Assembly (NCBI GenBank): GCA_026129095.1
Contig: JAHCIT010000003.1
Location: forward strand, 124,001-188,000
Reading direction: 5' to 3'
Source of the DNA: Deltaproteobacteria bacterium
GTDB lineage: Bacteria; JAGRBM01; JAHCIT01
DNA length: 64,000 nt
Positions within the stretch are counted from its first letter, which is position 1, and every line of letters starts with the position of its first letter. A program made the translations under genes and the position numbers. Below, one piece after another: positions 56,806 to 64,000 of the stretch. The notes under the pieces were generated by a model. That model was given only the letters and a program-made list of their open reading frames with translations. It did no database searches and was not told the origin of the DNA.

Positions 56806-57696
56806 TCAGGTTCCCGTGATCTTGCGGGTGGGAGCCCAGCCGAGCTTGTTCCGCAGCACGTCGAAATACCCTTCGGCCCGGTTCTTGACGAGATTGATGC
56901 GTTTGTCCGCCTTGGTGACGCGCACGATATCCGTCGGATGGATATCTATAGACACTTGCCCGTCAAGTGAAACCACGATGTCGCCATGCGGTGCATTGGT
57001 TGCCTGGAGTTCCACGACCTTGGTATCCGGAACGATCAGCGGACGGTTGGCCAGCATGTGCGGGCAGATGGGAACGAGGACCAGCGCGGCAATTGCGGGA
57101 TGAACGATCGGCCCTCCGGCGGCGAGTCCATAGGCTGTCGACCCGGTGGGCGAGGCGACGATCACTCCGTCGCAGGCGAATGACGTTACCGGCCGCTCGT
57201 CAATCGTGACATTGACCTGCAGGAGTCTGGCGACTCCCCGGCGGGAGATGACCGCATCGTTCAGCGCCAGCGAATGGTGAATCTCCCGGCCGTCTCGGAT
57301 CACCTCAACGTCGAGCAGTGCCCGGGCCTCGGTCTCGTAGTCCCCGGAGATGACCCGCCTGAGGGTTTCAATCGCGTTTTCGCGGGATATTTCGGTAAGG
57401 AAGCCAAGACTTCCCAGATTGATGCCTAGGATCGGGCACCGCTCACCGGCCACCTGACGGGCCGCACCGAGAAGCGTCCCGTCGCCACCCAGCACCAGCA
57501 TGATATCCACGCTTTTCGACAGGGCCGTGTCGGAAACGCCCCCGTCCATTCCAAACGCCTCGGCCGCCTCCCGGCTGACGAACAACCGGATGCCCTGTGC
57601 CGCCAGGAAATCGCGTATCTGCTTACCCAGCTCCACGGCCCTGGGATCCCGTGTCTTCAGGACCATTCCGGCGCTGTGTATCTTGACCGAATTCAC
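56806..57696 (-). CDS. nadK: NAD kinase
   Basis: VLGGDGTLL, GINLGSLGFL, ALND, DGVIVASPTGSTAY..AAGGP, PICPH, SLDGQ. Confidence 0.97.
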   Translation of the reverse strand: MNSVKIHSAGMVLKTRDPRAVELGKQIRDFLAAQGIRLFVSREAAEAFGMDGGVSDTALSKSVDIMLVLGGDGTLLGAARQVAGERCPILGINLGSLGFLTEISRENAIETLRRVISGDYETEARALLDVEVIRDGREIHHSLALNDAVISRRGVARLLQVNVTIDERPVTSFACDGVIVASPTGSTAYGLAAGGPIVHPAIAALVLVPICPHMLANRPLIVPDTKVVELQATNAPHGDIVVSLDGQVSIDIHPTDIVRVTKADKRINLVKNRAEGYFDVLRNKLGWAPTRKITGT

Positions 57697-57777
57697 ACCG
57701 GTAACAGTAGCACAAGCTCTGGGGGTGGGTAGGCGGGTCGGTTGTGGTCCTTCGGGCGCCCGGTTAGTGATCCCTCC

Positions 57778-59124
57778 ATGGACCTGTTCGACCGCACACC
57801 GGAAGGGAAACCGGACGCCGTGCCCGCATCCCGGCCGCTGGCTGACCGCATGCGGCCGGTGTCTTTTGGCGATCTGGTGGGGCAGGACGAGCTGTTCGGG
57901 GATGAGGGGTTCATCAGCCGCCTGCTCCGGACGGCGCAGCCTCCGTCGCTGATCTTCTGGGGCCCGCCGGGGTCGGGCAAGACGACGGTCGCCCGTATTC
58001 TGTCGCAGCAGTACGGACTCCCGTTCGTCCACTTCTCCGCCGTGCTGGGCGGAATGAAGGAAGTGCGCGATATCGTCGATGAGGCGAGGCGCACCCTCCA
58101 ACGGACCGGGAAGCCGACTATTCTCTTCGTTGACGAGATTCACCGGTTCAACAAGAGCCAGCAGGATGCCTTCCTGCCCCATGTGGAGTCTGGGCTCATC
58201 ATCCTGATCGGCGCGACGACCGAAAATCCCTCGTTCGAGATCAACGCCGCGCTGCTCTCCCGGTGCCGTGTGGTGGTGTTCCAGCCGATCGCGCTAGAGG
58301 ACATTGAAAACCTGATCGACCGGGCGCTGGCCGACGAGCAGCGGGGGTTTGGCAGCCGCAGGGTCAGTATCACACCGGATGCACGGGTACTGATCGCGCA
58401 GATGTCGGGCGGGGATGCCCGCTCGGCGCTCAACATGCTGGAGTCGGCCGTCGAGACGCTGCCGGTGGGCAGGGCGGAAATGGGAGTGGAGGATGTACGC
58501 CGGTCGTTCCAGCGGGCCACGCTATCCTACGACAAGAAGGGCGAGCACCACTACAACGTCATCAGCGCGTTCATAAAATCCATGCGCGGCACCGACCCGG
58601 ATGCCGCCATCTACTGGCTCGCCCGGATGCTGGAATCGGGCGAGGATCCGCTGTTCATCGCCCGTCGCATGGTCATCTTTGCCAGCGAGGATATCGGCAA
58701 TGCCGATCCGCAGGCATTGCAGATGGCCCTGAACGTCTACGAGGCCTGCGAGCGGATCGGACTGCCCGAATGCCGGATCAACCTGGCGCACGGCGTGACC
58801 TATCTCGCCAGCGCGCCCAAGTCGAACGCGAGCTATGCCGCCATCGGCAAGGCGATCGGCGAGGTGAAAAGGTCAGGCCCGCTGCCGGTTCCCCTCCATC
58901 TCCGCAATGCGCCGACTGGCCTCATGCGCGAACTGGGCTACGGCAAGGGGTACCAGTATGCCCACGAGGCTGACGATGCGCTGATCCTTCAGGAACATCT
59001 GCCGGAGGAGACCGGCGAGCGGATTTTCTACGAGCCCAAGCGAACCGGCGCGGAAAAGGATATCGCCGAACGCCTGGAGCGAATCGCCGCCTGGAAGGCC
59101 CGAAAGCGGAAAGACGAAGGCTGA
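57778..59124 (+). CDS. rarA: Replication-associated recombination protein A (MgsA)
   Basis: PLADRMRP, WGPPGSGKTT, FVDEIHRFNKSQQD, GATTENPSF, ISAFIKSMRG.DPDA, SEDIGNADP, PKSN. Confidence 0.96.
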   Translation: MDLFDRTPEGKPDAVPASRPLADRMRPVSFGDLVGQDELFGDEGFISRLLRTAQPPSLIFWGPPGSGKTTVARILSQQYGLPFVHFSAVLGGMKEVRDIVDEARRTLQRTGKPTILFVDEIHRFNKSQQDAFLPHVESGLIILIGATTENPSFEINAALLSRCRVVVFQPIALEDIENLIDRALADEQRGFGSRRVSITPDARVLIAQMSGGDARSALNMLESAVETLPVGRAEMGVEDVRRSFQRATLSYDKKGEHHYNVISAFIKSMRGTDPDAAIYWLARMLESGEDPLFIARRMVIFASEDIGNADPQALQMALNVYEACERIGLPECRINLAHGVTYLASAPKSNASYAAIGKAIGEVKRSGPLPVPLHLRNAPTGLMRELGYGKGYQYAHEADDALILQEHLPEETGERIFYEPKRTGAEKDIAERLERIAAWKARKRKDEG

Positions 59125-59241
59125 GCCCTTGGGTCCACGCCCACCACACCTGAAACGGGACATTTTTTCGCCGTTCAGTCTAGAGAGACTGATAGTTCCT
59201 GGTAGACGCCGGAAACCGGCCTGTCATAGACTGACCCGCCA

Positions 59242-60582
59242 ATGCCCCCCGCCTCCCAATCCTGCCGTCTCCTTGCCGCCGCGCTGCTGCTTGCCGTCTG
59301 TGCCAGCCCGCTACGGGGCTTTGCCTATGAACCCCGGCAGCCTGTCAATGCCGGAGTGTTTCCCGTGACTGTTCGTGCCGCCGAGGTGCCGTGGCTCATC
59401 GGCACGCAGGCGATCAACCTGTCGGCGTTCTCCTGCTTCGAGGGAAAACTGATGCCGGTCCCCGTCCAGGTGGACGAGGTCAATACTGAAGGGCGCATCG
59501 CGAGCCTGGACCCCCGCAGCCGGATCGCCCGGGACGATCCGCCGGGTATCCTCGACGCTGACGACGAGATCGTGTTCATGCTCCGGGACACCGGAAAGCC
59601 CTGCGAGCAGGAGCGGCTGGAACGGGCGCGCGGTACCCTGACGGAAATCCGGATTACCGCGCCTTATCTTGCGACGCCCGGCATCCTGTACCTGCTTTCC
59701 GGCTCCCAGCCGGTGGCACCGCCGGCCCTTTATCTCCGGTACGATTCGGTATCTTCCCAGGTGTCCACCTCCGCCTATTCATGGGGCTATGCGGCCGACC
59801 GGCCGTTCATGACCGACCGGGTGGTTTTTGCCGACCTGCGTGGACGCGAGACACAGGACGTCATGGACCGGTTCAAGCTCCGCGTACGTGTCAAGGCTGT
59901 CTCGAACCTGATGCAGCTCAGGCTGAACGAGGACGAGATGGAATCGGACCTCGAAGGGGTCCGGGCGGGGCCGATCCGGGTAACCCGGGAACTGGCCGTC
60001 CGCGTAAAGACCGTGCCGGGTTTCACCATCCCGGCCGTCGTCACCATGCAGCACTACGAGCGTCTCTGGCGGGTCCGCGTGCGGCTTCGTATCCCCGGAG
60101 CGGCAGCCCTGTTCGTGAACTCGCTCGACATGTCGCTCATCCACGACTTCATCGACCTCAAGGGCCTCAAGCTCGCCACCAGTGCCGTTCCACAGGGGAC
60201 GTCCATTGACGGCCGGATGCTCGATTCCGAACGGACGATGGAGTTTGGCAGCGAACCGTGGTTCTACATCGCCGGGCAGGGCCTTCAGCTTATGACTTCC
60301 ATCGACCTGGAGCCCGGCCTGAAGCTGAAACAGGCCGTCTATCTGGTGGACGACCCGGAGCTGCGCGAGCCGCCAGAATCCGTGCCGGGCGGGCTCCCGT
60401 CAGTCGGCTACCAGTTTCTCGGCTGGGAAAACCTCGAAGCCCGCTGGTACGAATTTGCTGCCAACATTGCCATGCTGCCGGGACTCCCCGAAGGCGGCGC
60501 CAGCGGCTACTACCGGGCGCTCCGCGCCCCGATGAAGATCGAGACCCGGCAGATAGCGGCTATGCCGGTCAGTTCGCCGTGA
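59242..60582 (+). CDS. Secreted/periplasmic hypothetical protein
   Basis: Signal-peptide-like LLAAALLLAVCASPLRG; 446-aa ORF with GC3-rich codons; PVQVDE and LDADDEIVFM segments. Confidence 0.75.
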   Translation: MPPASQSCRLLAAALLLAVCASPLRGFAYEPRQPVNAGVFPVTVRAAEVPWLIGTQAINLSAFSCFEGKLMPVPVQVDEVNTEGRIASLDPRSRIARDDPPGILDADDEIVFMLRDTGKPCEQERLERARGTLTEIRITAPYLATPGILYLLSGSQPVAPPALYLRYDSVSSQVSTSAYSWGYAADRPFMTDRVVFADLRGRETQDVMDRFKLRVRVKAVSNLMQLRLNEDEMESDLEGVRAGPIRVTRELAVRVKTVPGFTIPAVVTMQHYERLWRVRVRLRIPGAAALFVNSLDMSLIHDFIDLKGLKLATSAVPQGTSIDGRMLDSERTMEFGSEPWFYIAGQGLQLMTSIDLEPGLKLKQAVYLVDDPELREPPESVPGGLPSVGYQFLGWENLEARWYEFAANIAMLPGLPEGGASGYYRALRAPMKIETRQIAAMPVSSP

Positions 60583-61372
60583 AGGTGAAGGCGGCGGCCA
60601 CCGTTTCCTTTTCGCCGACGGTGACTTCCTGGGTGAGCGTTCCGAAGACCTCGTGCCAGGCTTCAAGCTGATAGGTGCCGGGAGGAACGCCGGAAATTGT
60701 CACCTCTCCCTTTTCACCGGTCACGCCGAAATAGGGGTGATCGACGACGCCGATAAACGCCGCCATCCAGGGGTGGACGTCGCACTTGGTCTTGATCATC
60801 ACCTCGGACTTGCCGAACACCTTGGTGTCCATCTTCCCCTTGAAGGGCTGGGCGATGTTGAACGGACGGTTCGCCTTGGAAACCGTGTGGACGTTATGGA
60901 GCATGCTGTCACTGTTGAGGATATTGACCGGCTGGTTGACCCGGACTCCCACCACGCGAGGAGTATAGATGCAGCCCACCTGGTCCAGTTCCACCGGCTG
61001 ATCGGCCTTCGGATATTCGTGGTTCTGCAGGCCGCTGCGGATATGCACGAAGCTGTTCTGCACCAGTCCGTCCTTGACGAGGACCGCCGTGGAGAGCGGC
61101 GGATTCCCTCCCCAGTGGGCCGCACATGCGGCGACGCTCCCAACCGGTACGGGCTGCCGCTCAGGCGCCGGGCCATCCAGCTTCACAGTCACGGAAATCG
61201 AGCCGACTGTCCCGGGATCGACCGGGCCGGCGGATGCAGGCGCGGCTTCTGCCTGTACCGCCGGTGCAACCGGCGATGCTGCAGGCACGGCCGGTTTTTC
61301 CTGCTGCGTACAGGACGCGACTGTCAGGATGGCGAGAACCGTGGCGATGCTGATGGGGAGACGGGAGGGCAT
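60569..61372 (-). CDS. Lipoprotein with cupredoxin-like and carboxypeptidase-regulatory-like (Ig-like) regions
   Basis: Lipobox VASC; LDQVGCIY.P, N.D..LHNVH, CDVHPWM, G.PPG.Y...AWHE..G. Confidence 0.75.
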   Translation of the reverse strand: MPSRLPISIATVLAILTVASCTQQEKPAVPAASPVAPAVQAEAAPASAGPVDPGTVGSISVTVKLDGPAPERQPVPVGSVAACAAHWGGNPPLSTAVLVKDGLVQNSFVHIRSGLQNHEYPKADQPVELDQVGCIYTPRVVGVRVNQPVNILNSDSMLHNVHTVSKANRPFNIAQPFKGKMDTKVFGKSEVMIKTKCDVHPWMAAFIGVVDHPYFGVTGEKGEVTISGVPPGTYQLEAWHEVFGTLTQEVTVGEKETVAAAFTFTAN

Positions 61373-61470
61373 GGGTGTCACTCCTTGCCGGAATGGTCCG
61401 GCACAAAAGGCTGAAGCCGTCCGGGGTATTCCCGCCGGACGGCTTCAAGGATTGCACGAAACCGGACAGA

Positions 61471-62253
61471 TCAGAAGGCCGAAGCGGCCGGTTTCCCGGA
61501 AATCGTGTAAAGGTGCTTGGTGATCGCCCAGGCAAGACCGATCACGACGGTCATCCACACCCAGGCAAGCTGCCCGCCGTACATGTTCGGATAGTGGTTG
61601 CTGATCATCGCGAAGATGAGCGGCACGGACATGTAGGTGTTGTGCTTGGACCGGAGTCCCGCCAGCGCCACGAGGGCAGCGTCGGGCGGAGTGCCTTCCT
61701 TGACGGCGGCAATGATTTTACGCTGGTTCGGCCAGATGCGGAACCACACGTTGAATGCCATTGACGTGCCGAACATCGATCCAATATGGATATAAATGGC
61801 CCGTCCTGGCATTCCGAGTCCGTAGGTCAGTCCGGCCATGATCCCAACAACAATGACGTAGGTGATGACGACGAGCATCTCCTCATTCTTCGCCAGCCCG
61901 GTCTTCCAGATCGCGTCGTAGGCGAACGGAAGCACCAGCACGACCGCGGCGCCGGCCGCAATCGCCACGCCAGCGTTTCCGCCCTCGGTCACCATCATGG
62001 CCGACGGGTACATGTAGTAGACCATCATGATGAGTAGGATGCCGGTCACCCAGGTGAAGGCCGCTCCCCACCGGAAGAAATAGAGGGCACGCGGCAGGAG
62101 TTCGGGGTTGACCTTCTTCTTGGTCTCTCCGTCCAGAACCTTTTGCAACGGGCCGTTGACCCAATTAAAGAAATAAAGGTGTCCGATCCACAGCACGCCT
62201 GCGACGACGTGGATCCACCGGAAAAATGCTTCTGCCCAGGTATGTGCTCCCAT
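61471..62253 (-). CDS. Urate hydroxylase PuuD-like membrane protein, without cytochrome c domain
   Basis: RWIHV.AG..WIG...FF, FRW.A..TW.TG, MAFNVW..IWP.Q, RSKHNTY...P..F.MISNHY; no CxxCH. Confidence 0.8.
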   Translation of the reverse strand: MGAHTWAEAFFRWIHVVAGVLWIGHLYFFNWVNGPLQKVLDGETKKKVNPELLPRALYFFRWGAAFTWVTGILLIMMVYYMYPSAMMVTEGGNAGVAIAAGAAVVLVLPFAYDAIWKTGLAKNEEMLVVITYVIVVGIMAGLTYGLGMPGRAIYIHIGSMFGTSMAFNVWFRIWPNQRKIIAAVKEGTPPDAALVALAGLRSKHNTYMSVPLIFAMISNHYPNMYGGQLAWVWMTVVIGLAWAITKHLYTISGKPAASAF

Positions 62254-62288
62254 AATCTCCTCTTTCTCTCCTGTAGTTGAAACCTGAA

Positions 62289-62362
62289 CCGGTCCCGCAA
62301 GGGACCGGGATTAGCTGAATGGATGCTGGAGTTTTTTACCCCTGTTTGCCGCGGGGTGTCAA
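62289..62362 (-). promoter_or_regulatory. Candidate promoter and 5' leader hairpin for the puuD-like gene
   Basis: Minus strand TTGACA-18 nt-TAAAAA; perfect 8-bp stem CCGGTCCC/GGGACCGG at 62289-62308. Confidence 0.45.
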
Positions 62363-62411
62363 GAAACAGAATGAATCTGCCCCGTTACGCGGGGCATGGA
62401 AAGATCTGCCG

Positions 62412-63803
62412 TCAGACCGGCTCGGCCCTTTCGAGCGGAGTTTCAAATGTCCGTCTCGGGTTTCGCGGACGTTTCACCCGGATGAGCAGGATCAGGATCG
62501 CACCGATCGAGACGGCATAGGCGGCCAGCATGAGCCAGCCCTGAGGGAGGTAAGAAAGGTACCGGTCGTACATGGCCCCTGTCACCAGGTACATGACGCT
62601 GATGATCGCCACGTTGAATGGCGTCGCAAGGCCCGAAACCCGTGGGAAGGAGAGACGCCCGAACTGGTCGGCATGGAGCGCGCTGAACAGGGGCAGGGTT
62701 CCCCCGACTCCAAGGCCGTAAAGAAGGACGCCGGAGACCAGCAAGAGATCGACCGGCACCCCCAGGAAGCTGAACGGCACCAGCGTCGCCCAGCGGGTAA
62801 CGGTAATCAGGACAAAACCGGCCACCTGCATCGAGACGGCAAAGATGATCGCACGCCGGCGCTCCATCCGGTCGCCGAGCGCGCCGAAGATGGGCTTTCC
62901 TATGGCGCAGAGCACGGCCATGCAGGTGTATAGCGTGGCCGCATCACCCTGGGTCCACCGGTAGCCGGTGTCGCGGGTGCTCAGGTCGCTGACGAAGGAC
63001 TGGAGGATCACGGACCAGCAGGCCGAGGCGAGACTCAGCGACAGAACCGACAGGATAAACCGCTTGTCGAATGCGATTTCACGGAACTCCATCAGGCGGT
63101 CAGGTTCGGCATCCGGGTCGGCGGGAGGGGGTGTTTCTTCGGGAACGCCCAGGTCCGAAGGCCGGTCGTAGAACGTCAGCAGCACCAGCGGCAGCACGGT
63201 TATCACCAGAAGGGCGGCATTGATCCGGTAAGCTTCACGCCAGCCGTAATGGTTGAGAAGGTACTGGGTAAAGGGAACGAGCGTCATGCCAGCGCTGGAA
63301 ATCCCGGCAGACGCCCACGAGAACGACTGGGCCTTGTTCGCGGTGAACCACTGGTTCAGGGCCGCATAGTTCGGGATCATTCCCAGGAATGCCGTGCCAA
63401 GGGATGCCAGAACGGAAAAGGCGATGAAGAACTGGAACTCGGTCCGGGCAAACGAGATTCCCACCATCGCCACCGGAAGAATAAACGTGCCGGCAAGAAC
63501 GATCTGGCGGGAACCGTACCGCTCGGTCAGTCTCGCCGCCGCCGGCCCCCAGATGGCCATGAGAATGGTGTACCCGGCATAAGCCGCGGTCAGGGTGGAG
63601 ACGTTCCATCCGAGATCGTGACGGATCGGTTCCCGGAAAATGCCATACGTGTAAAAGATAAACCCGATCGACCACAGCCCGCAGACGAAGGCGACCAGTG
63701 TCATCGTCCAGCCGTAGTAGATACCGGTCCGGACGAGCCAGCGGCTGAAGGGATTGCCTCGAAGCTGGGCACTGGAGCCGGTCTGGGCAGGGGGGGAGTC
63801 CAT
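62412..63803 (-). CDS. Major facilitator superfamily transporter
   Basis: YYGW, about 12 hydrophobic helices, motif A-like ARLTERYGSR and GALGDRMERR. Confidence 0.9.
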   Translation of the reverse strand: MDSPPAQTGSSAQLRGNPFSRWLVRTGIYYGWTMTLVAFVCGLWSIGFIFYTYGIFREPIRHDLGWNVSTLTAAYAGYTILMAIWGPAAARLTERYGSRQIVLAGTFILPVAMVGISFARTEFQFFIAFSVLASLGTAFLGMIPNYAALNQWFTANKAQSFSWASAGISSAGMTLVPFTQYLLNHYGWREAYRINAALLVITVLPLVLLTFYDRPSDLGVPEETPPPADPDAEPDRLMEFREIAFDKRFILSVLSLSLASACWSVILQSFVSDLSTRDTGYRWTQGDAATLYTCMAVLCAIGKPIFGALGDRMERRRAIIFAVSMQVAGFVLITVTRWATLVPFSFLGVPVDLLLVSGVLLYGLGVGGTLPLFSALHADQFGRLSFPRVSGLATPFNVAIISVMYLVTGAMYDRYLSYLPQGWLMLAAYAVSIGAILILLIRVKRPRNPRRTFETPLERAEPV

Positions 63804-64000
63804 CGGACCGTCCGCTTGTTAGGGTATCGGGCGAATGAAATCAAAACCATGCAATCTGGCCATTTTTTCGCCTGTTGCGGCCGGTGGAATACCGGATAAT
63901 CGGCTATAGTGCAGGGCAAGGAGCCCTCCATTCTTGATTCATGAGCGTCCACCTGATCCCACGTCCAAGAAGCTGGCGCTGCTGGACAAGATCGCCAACC

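Noticed and set aside
1..64000. CRISPR array, tRNA/rRNA, IS, integrase, prophage, recognisable defence island
   Set aside because: No regularly spaced direct repeats, cloverleaf signatures or mobile-element proteins seen by eye; tRNAscan-SE and Infernal would be needed to exclude small RNAs.
63934..64000. Possible start of a plus-strand gene at the window edge
   Set aside because: About 20 codons in either of two open frames; too short to call.

Overview
GC-rich bacterial chromosomal window, densely coding and almost entirely housekeeping. Gene content (pilC-pilS-pilR, pilT-recX next to alaS, ZitP/GltJ-like zinc-ribbon protein, DUF4388/J/TPR proteins, short GNAT-type argA, dapL, class II RNR) suggests a deltaproteobacterium-like (Myxococcota/Desulfobacterota/Bdellovibrionota-type) organism; this taxonomy is inference. 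In order: end of cimA; rpsP-khpA-rimM-trmD-rplS; a membrane-anchored SMC/YhaN-like ATPase; rnhB-yraN; ppsA plus a D-hydroxyacid dehydrogenase divergent from a 7-gene GH57-based glycogen operon; alaS-pilT-recX; malic enzyme; pilC-pilS-pilR; tatA; moeB/moeZ; dapL-folK; a phaR-like regulator; a zinc-ribbon/DUF3426 protein; nrdJ with a complex upstream region; an L,D-transpeptidase; an SDR; a histone-like/SUKH fusion, a HicB-like orphan, a Cys-rich porin and recJ; coaE; two J/TPR proteins; nadK-recN-argA-pmbA; rarA; a secreted hypothetical; a cupredoxin-like lipoprotein, puuD and an MFS transporter. I found no tRNA, rRNA, CRISPR array, transposase, integrase or prophage. The strongest leads are the nrdJ control region (phased DnaA-box-like array, NrdR boxes and a ~300-nt leader with mutually exclusive SD-sequestering helices), the degenerate transmembrane SMC-like ATPase, the H1-like/SUKH fusion, and the glgB-free glycogen operon with a divergent GalT-like enzyme. 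All product calls come from motif recognition by eye; no database search was run.
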